Shown piece after piece: positions 48,864 to 62,600 of a DNA stretch of 64,000 nt. Location: the NCBI GenBank assembly GCA_030704615.1, contig CM060732.1:21824001-21888000 (forward strand), written 5' to 3'. Position numbers and translations under genes: made by a program. The DNA is from Takakia lepidozioides. Taxonomy: Eukaryota; Plantae; Bryophyta. The notes under the pieces are model-generated. The model had not been told where the DNA came from and searched no databases. It saw only the letters and a list, made by a program, of their open reading frames with translations. Every line of letters begins with the position of its first letter. Position 1 is the first letter of the stretch.

Positions 48864-51800
48864 CACTACAACAGATCCCGGCTTTAACATCTGCCACATT
48901 TGCCAAGTCGTAGCATATATATCTACAAAATGCAAGGGGGCAGTCCTGGTTGCCATTTGTGACCACCAGAAGTCGTATATGCCACCTTGTATCTCCGCCA
49001 CGTCATGATCTGTGGTCAAGCACGTTTGACCAGATAGAGGAAGATGGTAGATACGTACGACTAGGAGTCATGGCCAAAACTGCAACAGGATGACGTGGGC
49101 ATGGGAATGTATGACTGCCAGTATTCACAACTGCACGTGGCGATTGCCAGTTGCCTAAGGAATGTCTACGTGGATGATGCAAACATAAATGGATGAAACA
49201 GATGCAAGATGTGATTGCAAATGACGACGTGTCAATCTATCATTGCTCGCAGGGTTGGACATTCAGGTGCATTGGATGCAAATGCATCTAACGGCTGCAC
49301 ACAATGCATGTTACTAACGCGTGGGCTTGGTGGAGAACAGAAAAAAGTCCCGAACATGCGTATGAGAGGCGACCATGCAGGTTCTATGATGGTTGAAGCG
49401 GTGCACTTCATTTTTGGAAAATCGGCAACACAATTGAAAAACAAAGGCTTGAGAGAAGACAAAACGATGCATTCAGTGGATACGCATCCTGGTGCAAAAC
49501 ACCGGCCACTCATTCACATTCACAGTGATGCAAAATATATGTAGACAAAAAAACCCAGCGGGTAGTTCAGGGCACCCAAAAACGATTGGCGTTCGCTATA
49601 CCGCAATCTGCAAAATGCAATGAGCCTACTCAGAATCATGGCACATTGTGTGCGCAATGACTCTCAGTAAATTCACCTATACATTTGATCCTCTTAGTGG
49701 TCTCCATTATATGTAAGGTTTTAGATATTCAGTCTTCAACGTACATGCGGAAGAAGCATGCACGCATCAAAGTTGGAAATAGTCAGTAGCTAGAGAAACA
49801 TAATACATCTCTTAATGTCAACGATTCACCCATGCTACTCCTTCGACCAAGTGCATCCTAATTCTACCGATCTTGCTATCCTAGGTGCCAGTGCGTGGGG
49901 ATAGGAGATTACATAATGCCTTCACACACAAGAGCCAGCAACAAAACTCATGACAGACTCCTGTCACAACTCCTCTACAGGGAGAAGCCAATGGACAAGG
50001 AAGCTTAGTGATATGTACCACGCCGCGTAGCCATATAGGTAGGGGGTACGACGCCCACAGGCATCCAACCTTTTGCTGCAAGCAGATAGGCAGAAAAATT
50101 GAGGCACGGCCTCCCTTCTGTGAATGCCGCTGGTTCCAAGCCAGTGAAGCACAATTAAACAACCCTCTTCCGCATGACGGCTAATTCGTCGTGCTTATGC
50201 CTGCTCTGCAGCATATTGAATTGTGCTCCCTGTGGTGTGGCACTCCATGTTGCGGGTCCATTGAGCTGTGTGTGCAGTTCTCCTGAAGTGGGATCGCATG
50301 GTAGTCGTGTGATGATGGGGCGAGTTGGCCCACAACGAAGACCACAGCAAATGCGTTCGCATGCTAACCGTGTGATGCAGGGGCGACTTGCCAAACGACG
50401 AAGTGAACAGGGACGACGTAGACACTACAAAGAAGTAAGAGCGATGAAGAGCGAGCAAGAGCAAACAGAATGAAAGGCAAGTGGAGCGAAGTGGAGATAT
50501 AATCTGCGCTCCCGCCAACGTGCTCCCCGCCAAATTCAAATGCAGTGACAAAACGGGGGCACCGTTGCGAGCCTGCTATCAATGCATCATCAAACTGCCA
50601 TGGACTGCAAGTTTTAGGGGGGGGGGAATACAAGGGAAAAAATTCCAAGTCAGGCTAACCGACTGCTAGCCTTCCTGACAAGGCAAACTGACCACCTTGC
50701 ATGTCCACGATTCTGAGTATAGGCCACAGAATAGGCTACTGGTTACAAGCCTAACGCTGGATTACAGCCAGTGTTCGCCATGGGTATGACTTGTGCACAA
50801 AGAGGAATTACGACTATGTGAGTGTAGCATGCATGATGCAACAAAGTAAGAATTTGCAGATTGGTTCTTATGAAAATTGAAGTGGAGTGGGTACTTCTGC
50901 AAAGCCTCCACACTGGTGGCATTGTAACATGGAAACATCATCCGACAAAAATGAGGGGAATGGGTAAGGGTTCTTCTCAGCAATAGCACAAAATAGCACA
51001 AGCCATGGTGGTGGCTCTGCCAGAAGTTCAAACCAGCATTAACAGTCATGGTAAAGGCGTGCTAGTCATAGTGCAGCCTGCAAGAAATCTTAGCCCCTCT
51101 ACACTACAGGTGAACTTCACTACCACCCAGGGACCTCTTGAAATCTGGATAGCAGTGAACAAGCATGTTGTCCTAAATGCATTACACATTGACGTCAGGC
51201 AGCTCGTCCTTGCTGTCATCTTCTTCCTCATCGGTACTGTCATTCTCCACCACAATGGGTGCCTCGTTGCGCACATCCCTATATAGTGAGGCAAGAACTT
51301 CGGGAGTCACTTCAATTGTCTGGCCCAAATTCGGGCCTGCAACAGGTGTCTCTTCGACTCGTTCAGGGGCTAAGAGGACTTCCATACTACGAAGATCATC
51401 GTTACCAATTGACACATCACAAACCACCCGAGAAGATCTGGGGCTTTTCTCAAGGACCACATTCCACCGAGGTTCATGAACACAAGTGCTGAAAAATACC
51501 TGCTCCACTTGTGACGGCAGCACGAATGGCTGCTCTTGTGGAGCCAACATTTGGGAGAAATTCACCAATGTGAACCCACAATCATCCTACTTCATGGATG
51601 CAGGCTGATTGCGGCTCCCCTTCTTTGCCCGCACTAACGAACACAAAATCACAATGGGCCTTGTCTTCCCATAGTCAATTTCCGGAGTGGAGCATTCGAT
51701 GTAATCGAAGGTACACTCTTCCATTCGGCAAAGACGTCGTTCGCACATATTGACCTTCTTGGTTTTCTTTCCAGGCTGTCTAGTCTCTTCCATCTTGCAA

Positions 51801-52064
51801 CACTCTTTCTGCCAACTGAGGTTGTTGTTCACTCTCTTCCCTCAATTTTGATCTTCTTTCCAACTGATGGGAAATCTTCGAAGGTGTTTTGAGCATGGCA
51901 TGCAAGGAGGAGCGCTCTCCGTCGATAGTTACAAGACCAGGGATACTTGCGTGATTTAGAGACATTGCATTTCTCCCCCCCAAGTTGGTCAAACACCCTT
52001 ACAACAAAATGCAAGCATGCAACACAAATGAAGAAGATATGATCCTCCAGCTGTAGATCCATAT
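48864..52064 (-). mobile_element. CACTA (En/Spm) derivative with a transposase C-terminal remnant (about 51182-51690)
   Basis: CACTACAACA starts exactly where ABCC similarity stops. EIDYGK..IVILC..GFTLVNF..QPFVLPSQVEQVFF..RWNVVL is DUF4216-like. The other end was not identified. Confidence 0.65.
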
Positions 52065-55000
52065 TGTCGCGCACCTCACTTCGGTAAGCTCCCCTTCAAG
52101 TCATAGTTACTCGCTTTGATGCGCGCGCCTGACTCCCAACCTGGCCGCCCAGGCCAACTTGGAGCTTCGGCTGCTCACCGGGACATAACGGTCCCCCTTC
52201 GCTGCCCTCTAAACCCTCCACCTATTTGGGACTAGGAGAATTCCCTTTGGTAGATGGCAGTCCGGAACAGCTCCCCACTCTTTGGTCGCTTTCCGGCTCG
52301 CTCGCTTACTCACTAGTTTTTGGTCACCAACGGGCTTGCACCGTTCTCGGGTTACTACTCCCTATATATACTTCTGTAGCTGTCCGCGGGGGTTTCACAA
52401 CCCATGCCATTTTATGGCGAACCACCACGAAAACCCTCGACTCCCGGTGATGAGTCGCGGTGAGTCTTGGCCCGCTCACCACGGCCCCTATGGACCGTGA
52501 TGAGTCCCAAGACTCCCCACGACTCCCACCACGAGGTCTCCGCCCCATGGTGAGTCCTATGCCACCCCCACTAAGTCCCGCTAAGCTACCACCACCCCTT
52601 GTGGAGCCACCCCCACCGCAACCCGGTGTGCGGGGCTCCACCTAGTGAGCGCCTCCGCCTCCTTGAGTGCCTTGGGCACTCAAGGGTGCTTCAGCCCCCC
52701 ATACCTATCCTATCGCTGCCGCTGCCCCCACCACAGGGCAGCCCCTCATGTGTCCCGACCCCCTGCCCTCAAGGCAAAGGGCCGCGACACACACCCCTAC
52801 CAACAGGGAGTCGATGTCCTCATCGACTTGTCCATTTTGTAGAAACGAACATCCAAGTTGTGGCGTCCCACATCAAGGAGTTTGTTTCCGTACCATGGCG
52901 TCCCATGGCAAAGAACCAAACCCCACACTTGACTCTACTCTCCACTAGCTAGTTCGGCCGACTTCCTCCAAGTCCCGGCCAAGGGTGGAGCCTCTCCAGC
53001 TCCTCCCAGTGCACTCTTCTTGGCCTACTTCAAGGCCAAGGAACGATCCTCCCCGAGGATCGAATCGCCTTACTGCAACAACATTGCTTGCGACCGCTCA
53101 TGATGCCGCTTTTGGCATCACCTTGAGCAAGGGTTCCCTGGAACCCTCTTTGACTAGGAAGATACCTTGAACCAACCGTGCGCCCCAATCACTACAATTG
53201 GGTCCGCCTTGGAATGCTGGCCTGAGGTACGGGAACACGCCGAAGCCGCACTACGACTTCGTCCCGAGGCTACACGATTATAGTACGTGAACGGAAGCAC
53301 GTAGCTTCCGCGTTAGCCCGCACTACAAGGCAACCCCCTCGGTAGCGCAGTTATAGTACGCGCACGCGCCAGGTGCGCACTAGCACGTGAACTCCCAAGA
53401 AGGCGCAAGTTTCCTTGCCCCTTGGATGGGGGTCACCCGATTTCGGCACTACGCAAACACACGATTAACCCAATTTACCTCTCCCACTTTTATAAGCTAG
53501 CATGCATTCTACACACTAGCCAACCATACCATGCATCACATTCCAAACAAAATAGGACGCACAACATTTGGAACCATTTCATTTATAACAAATTTTGTAC
53601 AATACAAGTTTTTGTAATCGGATTCCTAAGCTAGCTAAGCCGGGCTAAGCATGCATTTCCTCCCCCACGCTCCAAGGTTGATGTCCCCATCAACGCTTCT
53701 TCCGCTTTTGAGGTCGCCCTTCGAAAGCTGCAACCGCCTCGGATGCGTTTCCCATTTCTGAGGCACGCACCCAAGATGCCTCCACATGATGATAGCCCTT
53801 CCATTTGACGAGATACTCCGTTTCTCGGTTCTTGAACCTCCTCGACTTAAGTATTGCCTCCACCTCGTACTCAGGTTCATTTTCATGATCCAACAGCATA
53901 GGTGGCGGACGCAACACTTGATGCCGATTCGGACGTGCTTCATCTTTGAAGTAAGGCTTCAAAAGGGAGACATGGAATACTGGGTGCACCTTGCTGTTTG
54001 CCGGCAGCTCCAATTCATACACATCCTCATTCATAACCTTCCGAATGCGAAAGGGACCCGCATACGGAGGTACGAACTTCGGACTCACTTCCGGAGGTAG
54101 TCGGAAATTCTTGATGTTCAACCAGACCTCTGTGCCTGCCTCAAACTTCACTTCCCTCCGCTTCCGATTCGCCTGCCTTTCATACCGTTTCCTAGCTTTG
54201 GCAATGTTGTACTTTGCGAGCTTCAACAAACGCTCGCGTTCTTCCAGTACCGCCGCTACTGCCGGTTCCTCAACGTCCTGGGCGGCCCAACTTGTCGGCA
54301 CCAGAGGTGCTTTTCCATAGACCAATACAAAAGGGGAAACTCCCGTTGCGGAGTGTTCTGTGTTATTATAACAGAACTCTGCCGCGTCTAAGTGTTCCAC
54401 CCAGTCTGTTTGGTCTGCCGACACGTAATTCCGCAAGATTGCTTCACTACGGAATTCACTCTTTCTGTTTGGCCGTCGGTCGTAGGTCGGAAGGCGGTGC
54501 TCATCTTCAGCCTCGTCCCCATCTTCTTCCAAAGTGTCCTCCAAAATTTACTCGTAAACTTTGGATCGCGGTCCGAGACAATATCCTTCGGGACTCCATG
54601 ATGCTTTAAGACGTGGCGAAGTAAAGTCGCCCTGTCTCCTGCGCCGTTGCGTCTCCTTGGTGGGGATGAAATGGCCCATTTTACTGAACCTACCACCACC
54701 ACCATGATTGCATCGAATCCTTTTGACAGCGGCATAGCAGTCATGAAATCCATCGAGACGCTTTCCCAAGTCCCCTCTGGAATCGGCAAGGGTTGTAACA
54801 GCCCCGCTTGCTTTTTGTACTCGCTCCGGTTTTGTTGGCATGTGGTGCATGTCTTGACATACTCCTCTGCCTCCTCCCTCAGTTTGGGCCAGAAATACTC
54901 TTTCTTCAAGAGTGCCGCAGTGCGCTTGGCTCCGCCGTGGCCCGCAAGCGGGCTATCATGGCATTCTCTCAAGAGGCTATCTCTGATCCCTCCCTTCGGC

Positions 55001-58000
55001 ACGTAGAGACGCTTTTGCTTATACCGGAGCAGTCCATTTTGCAAGTGGAACTGCGATTTAACCCCATCCTCAAGTCCTGCATCACGGACTTCGCCAGCTC
55101 ATCCTTCCGGCAAGCCTTCCGGATCTTCCTTTGGAGCGCCGTCTCGCCCTTGTACACCAACAAGAGCTGCTGCTTTCTACTTAAAGCATCGGCCACCACG
55201 TTGTCTCGTCCCGGTTTGTACTGGATATCCACGTCGAACACCGCCAAAGTATCTTGCCACCTAAGTTGTTTTGGGGACAACTTGGGCTGCGTGGCAAAAT
55301 ACTTCACCGTGACATTGTCCGTGAACACCTTCACTGGGTTGGAACCAACATAGTGGCGCCAAAGCTCAAGACAGTGCACCACCGCCTTCATCTCTTTTTC
55401 GTGCGTCGGCCACCGTCGCTCCACTTCATTCAGTTTCTTACTTTCGTAAGCCACTGGACGTCCATCTTGCATAAGTACACCCCCAATCGCGAAGTCCGAC
55501 GCATCTGTATGAATCTCAAATGGACGATCGAACTCCGGGATTTTCAAGACTGGAGCTTCCGCCATCCGCTGCTTCAATTCAGCAAAAGCTTGGCCACAAA
55601 AGGTGTTCCATGCCCAGACTTTGATTTACACAGAAGGTCCGACAGCGGCCCCGCGATCTTGGCGAAATTTCTCACATACTTCCGGTAATAGGAGGCGAGT
55701 CCTAGGAAGGATCGCACTCCCGGACCGAAGTCGGAGGCTCCCAGTCCAAGATCGCCCTCACCTTTCTGTCATCCATTTTGATCCCATCCTGTGTAATCAC
55801 ATGCCCCAAGAACTCCACTTTTGTGACCCCGAATTCGCACTTTGAAGCTTTGGCATACAGCTTCCCTTCTCGCAATTTTGGAACACCCTTTTGAGGTGCT
55901 CCAGGTGCTCTCCTTTGTTTTCGAGTACACCAAGATGTCGTCGATGTACACGATCACAAAGTCATCCAACCACTCCTGAAAAAAAGGCTGTTCATCAGCG
56001 TGCTAAAGTCGCTGGTGCATTGGTGAGCCCAAAAGGCATCACCAAGAACTCATATGAACCATACCTTGTCCTGCACGCGGTCTTCTCCTCATCTCCTTCC
56101 GCCACCCGAATTTGATGATAGCCGGAGCGCAAGTCGATCCGGCTGAAATACTTCGCTCCTGCCAACCGATCGAAAGGTCGTCGATCCTTGGCAAAGGTAC
56201 CGGTTTTTGATAGTCACCTTATTCAAGCCCTGTAATCGACACACATCCGCAGCGTCCCATCCTTCTTGTCTGCGAATAGCACCGGGGCTCCGTAAGGTGA
56301 CTTACTCGGCCGGATGTACCCCTTTGACATTAGATCCTTGAGCTGAGTCTTCAGCTCGACCAACTCTCTGTGGCTCAACCGGTAGGGGCCTTGGCAGGCG
56401 GTTCCGATCCCGGTATCACCTCAATCTTGTGGTCAACTCCTCTTCGCGGTGGCAAGCCGCTTGGTAAATCCTCCGGCATCACATCCTGGTATTTCTCCAA
56501 ATCCCCTTGATCCAATCTGGGCTCGGCTCCCCATCGCCTTCTCCCTTCACTTCTCTAATGTAAAGCAAAAATGGGGCTCGTGTGCCTCCTCCACGGCCCA
56601 CTCCCTTGCTGACAGAAGGTTTATTCGCCCTCCCACGGATTTGGGCGTTTCCGACACTCGTAAAACCTCGCCACCATTCCCACATGGCAGCGTGACTACT
56701 CTCTTGCGGCCATCTATGACCGCTCCGGATTTGCTCAAAAAGGTCATCCCCAAATGAGATCCACTCCATCGATCTCGCAGATGGTGAAGTTCTCACGTCC
56801 CTCCCAACTCCCCAGTTGAAGAGGAACATCAAACGCCAACCTTGTCGCCAACTGTGGTTCTCCTTTGGCAGAACGCACCTCAGAGGCCCCCACGTCACTT
56901 GTCGGGAGTCCCAGCTTTTGTGCCGTTGCCGGTGTCATGAAGGAGTGCGACGCTCCTGTGTCCACCAACAACGACACATTAGTTCCGGATATTATCCCAT
57001 CCACGAACAATAACTGACTCCCTTTTCGTAGGGCGCCAGTTTCCTGATACAACTCACAAGAAAATTTGCCTACCTTGCAAGTCCTGGCGACCACCGCTTC
57101 CACCAAGCGACTGATGGTATCTTCCGACAGCTCCGTGGTCGCCGAGTCATGTTCAATTGCCGGGGCTTCGTGCACTTCTTGGCCATGTGCCCGGGCTCCC
57201 CGCAATTGAAACACACTCCATCAAAGGTCGCCTTCTGTCCGCCATAAGCCGCTCCACCCGCTTTTCCTTTCGAAGCACCGGGTGCCGCCTTGACGTGTGA
57301 AGGCCCTCCCTTCGATTTCCACGTGCCATTGTCGCCGCGTGGCCTATCCCACTTCTTTTCCGGTCGGAAGGAGTCACCTTCCCGCCGGGTCTTCTTGTGG
57401 TTCAGCTCCGTACGGCCTTGTCTCTCACCCCTAGGGACATCCGAGAAACATTCAGCCCTCTCAATTGCCTCGTTCAAAGTCTTGGTGGCTTCTCCTCCAA
57501 CTTCCGCCTGGCCCATGGGGCCAGTCCCGCCACAAAGTTGAACCATTTCTGGTTCTGCCATGTCCGCGACTTCGAGCAACAGCACATTGAAAGCCTGGAC
57601 ATACCCCCGAATGTCATCTGTTTGCTTCAAATTCCTCATCTTGTCCCGGGCAAGCCAGACGCGTTGAGGGGCACAAACTGTCTCTTCATCAATTCCTTGA
57701 ACCCACTCCAGTTCAAGGTTTCCGGGCTTGGGCCTCGGTCGTGAAGGCGTTTCTGACCATTGTTGAGCATAGCCCCTCAAATAGGTGGGAGCCACTTCCA
57801 CCCGATCCTCGTCACTCAACTTGGCCGCCCGGAAGTACTGCTCTAGCTCCAGGAGCCAGGTGTTGAGTGCCTTCCGATTTCGGACGCCCTCGAAGGTGCC
57901 GGGTTCCTTAGGCTTCACCTTAAACTTTGCCTTAGTGGAAGTGGCATTAGCCGCCTTCAACACGTCTTTCAACGTCCCGCCAAACTGCGCCAACAACCCT

Positions 58001-58969
58001 TCCCAAAAGGCTGCCGGCATGGGAGGCATCTCTTGGTTTGTCGGAGCTCTCAAGGATTCCTCGGGCTCCGACTCCTCGGATTCCTCCCGCTCTTGAGCGG
58101 CCTCGTTTTCGGAAACATGCATCGCTTCCTCAAACGGCCGCCTCGGTGACACGTCGCCCCCATCGGGCTCACCAGGATCATCATCTTTTGGGCCGTTCCG
58201 CTTTCGCTTCGGCTTGCCCGACCCCATGATGAGGCCAATCCCAAGGACGATCGCGTACTGAACTCTAAGCTCTGATACCAAGTGTCGCGCACCTCACTTC
58301 GGTAAGCTCCCCTTCAAGTCATAGTTACTCGCTTTGATGCGCGCGCCTGACTCCCAACCTGGCCGCCGGGCCAACTTGGAGCTTCGGCTGCTCACCGGGA
58401 CATAACGGTCCCCCTTCGCTCCCTCTAAACCCTCCACCTATTTGGGACTAGGAGAATTCCCTTTGGTAGATGGCAGTCCGGAACAGCTCCCCACTCTTTG
58501 GTCGCTTTCCGGCTCGCTCGCTTACTCACTAGTTTTTGGTCACCAACGGGCTTGCACCGTTCTCGGGGTTACTACTCCCTATATATACTTCTGTAGCTGT
58601 CCGCGGGGGTTTCACAACCAGCCATGCCATTTTATGGCGAACCACCACGAAAACCCTCGACTCCCGGTGATGAGTCGCGGTGAGTCTTGGCCCGCTCACC
58701 ACGGCCCCTATGGACCGTGATCTCCCCACGACTCCCACCACGAGGTCTCCGCCCCCATGGTGAGTCCTATGCCACCCCCACTAAGTCCCGCTAAGCTACC
58801 ACCACCCCTTGTGGAGCCACCCCCACCGCAACCCGGTGTGCGGGGCTCCACCTAGTGAGCGCCTCCGCCTCAAGGGTGCTTCAGCCCCCCATACCTATCG
58901 CTGCGCTGCCCCCACCACAGGGGCAGCCCCTCATGTGTCCCGACCCCCTGCCCTCAAGGCAAAGGCCGA
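52065..58969 (-). mobile_element. Ty3/Gypsy chromovirus, full length, with many 1-bp frameshifts
   Basis: LTRs at 52065-52789 and 58283-~58969 (TGTCGCG...CGCGACA), tRNA-iMet PBS, gag knuckle CFNCGEPGHMAKKC, VDTGA protease, YIDD, HTDASD, integrase and chromodomain EYEVEAIL..EYLVKWKGY..ASW. Partial TSD atat. Confidence 0.92.
58269..58280 (-). promoter_or_regulatory. Primer binding site for initiator tRNA-Met
   Basis: TGGTATCAGAGC on the minus strand, 2 nt after the LTR-terminal CA. Confidence 0.9.
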
Positions 58970-59625
58970 ATATTGGTACACTTTTCTTTTCAGATCGTTT
59001 TTTATCATAAGACAAGCGGTTTCGGCATTGTACTGCCAAAACATGTTAGTTTGTTAGTTGTCTGGAAATCGTTGGTAAAACACTTAGGAAATTAGACAAT
59101 GTCTGCGACGACCATGGAGTGGAACTCTGGCGTCAAGATGACCGTAGGAAGCTGCATCGACAACAGATTAGGCTACCAATTCGGTACTAGAAACGACAAG
59201 TTAATCATGTTCAAACAATACAGGACGACTGTTCCAGTCCCAGATTGCGATCTCTCTTTTTTCCCGCCTTTCAAGTCCAGTAGGAACACACGGCGAGGAG
59301 CTTGGCAATTGGTGGAAGCGACATGTACAGCGATGAAATATCGCAACAAAGCAATTGGCCGAATCGAAATGACAGCAGGTCAGGACGACTTCAAACGGCA
59401 AAATGTGGACTTGTTAGCAGTACGGGACAATTGGAGGGGACTCTGGACAACCTATGACTCAGTGGCAGGGTCAAAGACCCCAGAGCCATCACCAGGGATT
59501 TGATTTCCAAAAATACCACAAAATATGTGTGTAGCGAAAATACGACGAATGGCGAGAAGTGCAACTTTTTACCACCGATGGAGGTGAGAATTTACAGGAT
59601 GATACAAGGTATATAATTGTAGTTT

Positions 59626-62600
59626 GTCACCAAGTTTGGTGATTTATGGAGCTGATTAGCAGCAAGGCCAAATTATTGAGTTAACGGCACTCACGGGGCC
59701 TATTATTTGCATCTCTACTTCTTGGATGGATGAAAAATCCTGGAATTCGCCTTGAGGAGCTGGATGGATGAAATGACAACTCACGCCAACTGGTCATCCA
59801 ATTGGATGGATGAAAAACCATCTTTCATTTGCCTCTAAGACTTTTCATCCATGTTGAATATTATATTATAGATCCTCCAAGGAAACAATAGTTTAATGAA
59901 TACTTTTTATTAGGCTCAAAAACAGTATAAAAGAAGGGCAAGGCTTCCCTTGTTCTTCATCTAGTTCTTTCTCTTGCTTAATTTCCTCTTGTTGTTGTAG
60001 TGTTGTTAGTTTGAGGCTTGAGGAGGCTAGATCCTAGGGAATGGAGCTTGAAGCTCCCTAGTTAGGTAGAATTCTTGTAAGCTAAGGCAAGTGGCCTAGC
60101 TTGTGGGCCTTTGAGCCATTTCATTTGTGAATTCATTTGTGAAGGAAGAGGGCAATTTCATGTGGAGGAAAGTGACTTGAGGACGAGTAGGAGGGGCTGG
60201 TGTGGACTTATGGACGAGAGCCAAGTGGAGGCCGCATAGAGTACCATTACTTGAGTCGATAGAGCATCCCAAGCACTCTCGCATATAAAGGTTGATCCCA
60301 TCTTACCATTTCACCATTTATGTATGTGATTCATTTATTTTCCAAGCAAAGCTTGAAGTTGAAAATCTGATTTAGGCTCTTCCAAAGAGGAGAGTGCATT
60401 GTGGAATCCCACTATTTCATGTCTAGAATTGACAAGGGGGAGAAACCCATAGCCTATTGGAAAGGGTACCAATAGAGGCCTGTATTTGAATTGTTTGAAG
60501 AAGGAATCTTTGTGTTTGGTTACTAATTTGAAATCTAGCCAGCTCTGGCAAAGGCAGGCCAATAGGCTGGATCCATGATATAAGGCCACTATAAGGCCAC
60601 TATGTGCTAATCCCCCCCCCCCCCTAGCAAGCCATGGAGGCCTAGGGGAGGGTGGGTTGTATTTTTTTTTGTCTTGGGGTTTGGGCGGGCTAATTTCGAT
60701 TGACAGCAGCTGCCCCAAGGTCGCGAGCAGCCCAGATGCTGCGCCTAGAGAGTAGGCACTCGATTACTAAAAGTGTGGAGGCAGCCGTGTGTTAGAGGGC
60801 TTCTTGGGACTTAGACGCTTTTACGGGTTCTATGGGGTACTCTTAATTTTTGCGCAGACTAAGACCAACATGAGTCTTAGGGGTGGCAGCAGCAGGCTTT
60901 AGGGGGGTTACACAGCCCGACACAGCTCCACACAGCCAGTCACAGCCCGACACAGCTTCACACAGCTTCACACAGTCACAGGCCGACACAGCTTCACACA
61001 GCCAGTCACAGCCCGACATAGCTTCACACAACCAGTCACAGCCCGACACAGCTTTACACAGCTAGTCACAGCTCGGCACAGCTTGTCACAGTACATGGGG
61101 AACAATCATTGACAGGGAACGACTGTGAGGGAACGACATCTGCAGAGGGAACGTGTTACTTCAGGGGTGACGGTTAGTTAGTTAGGTGGTTAGAACAGCT
61201 TGCGGGTAGATTAGGAGAGCGGCAACGGGAAGGGGATCACTTCTGGAGGAGGGCGACTTGTGGAAGGGAGGAAGAAACGTAACGGAGAGCGGAAAACAGT
61301 GAAGAGCAGATGATGACTTGAATGAAGCTTAGTTCATGCAAGCTGTAGAATTATACAGTAGGATAGAATAGAGACACCATGGCATAGGCATGACACATGA
61401 TTAATCTTAATCCGATACTGAATCGATACAAACATACTGTGTAGAGAGACACAAGAGAAGTTGTGGAATGAATGCATGATTAACTGGAACTTAGTAGATA
61501 CTGAAGCAATCTGATGCTTCAGTATACACGGTAAGGTAATTGATAACATGAAGGCAGGAAGGAATACAATAGGAAGCACAACCATGATTCACTAGCTGCA
61601 GGTCATGACTGATTGTTCTGAGCGGGCTGAGTGCTTAGAGATATCCAACTCTTCTATCTTGGAGTTTCCACCTCGGATAGCGAAGGGATGGGTGAGTAAA
61701 AGCCGCTCGACATTTGGAAACCATACTGGGGAACTGGGTCATGAACAACCAGATGTGACAGGCATCTGGTGGGATCATGGTGGTTGGAGAAATTAAAGAA
61801 TTTGATGTGAATCAAATTCCTTGTGAAACTGAGAAGGAAAGATTGTCCAAATTCTTTCAGAGGTTCTTGGAATTGCCAGACGGTTGTAAGAAAACATTCT
61901 TAAGAGAGTGCATGATGCTGACCCTGAGTGGGGTCTGGAGAAAGGAGTGATAAAGATTTATCAGGTGGCCTGTAGAGGAAGAGCACGTTGGTTACCAACA
62001 CTGGTTTATGTGATAGCATTGCTATCCATTAAGCGAGTAGAGTTTGAAGGTGGGAGGAAAGGAAGGTGAATGTTTATACTCATATGCATGAGGAGCTTGT
62101 ACTGGTAAAGAATTGGATTCCAAAGGATATTCTGTGGATCAAACTCACACCAAGAACAGCTTTCCAGACTTGTTTGCCATATGGTTATATGGTAACGGAG
62201 ACTTCAAGTATAGCCAAGGGTGCATTGAAGCTTGAAAGAAACCCAGGCATATACGAGAGATACTACAGAAGAGAGTTTTGGTTATTGCCACATTAAAGAA
62301 ATGAAAGACATGGGACATGAGTGATGAAAGAGAAGCTAGACTCCAGAGATATTCAGCAAAAAGAGAAAGTTATCTGAAAGCTAATTATCCATATCTTTGG
62401 GAGAGAGGAATAGACATAGGGGAATCATCTGGACCTCTCACACCATTAAGATCAGAGAGTACATCACCCATACCGGAAGAACTAGAGTTGGATGCCACTC
62501 CTTCTTTTTCTTTGCAAGAAAGATTAAGGGAATTGGTACAGGAAGAAGATCAACCACGAGGTGAAAGATCTGAGGTACATCCCTGGATAAAATTTGACAG

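Noticed and set aside
52065-53655. A 1.6-kb 3' LTR for the chromovirus
   Set aside because: Similarity to the other LTR and the inverted terminus CGCGACA both end at 52789.
59993-60002. TGTTGTAGTG as the right TIR of the CACTA element
   Set aside because: The match does not extend beyond 10 bp and the flank (ttg) does not match the expected agt TSD.
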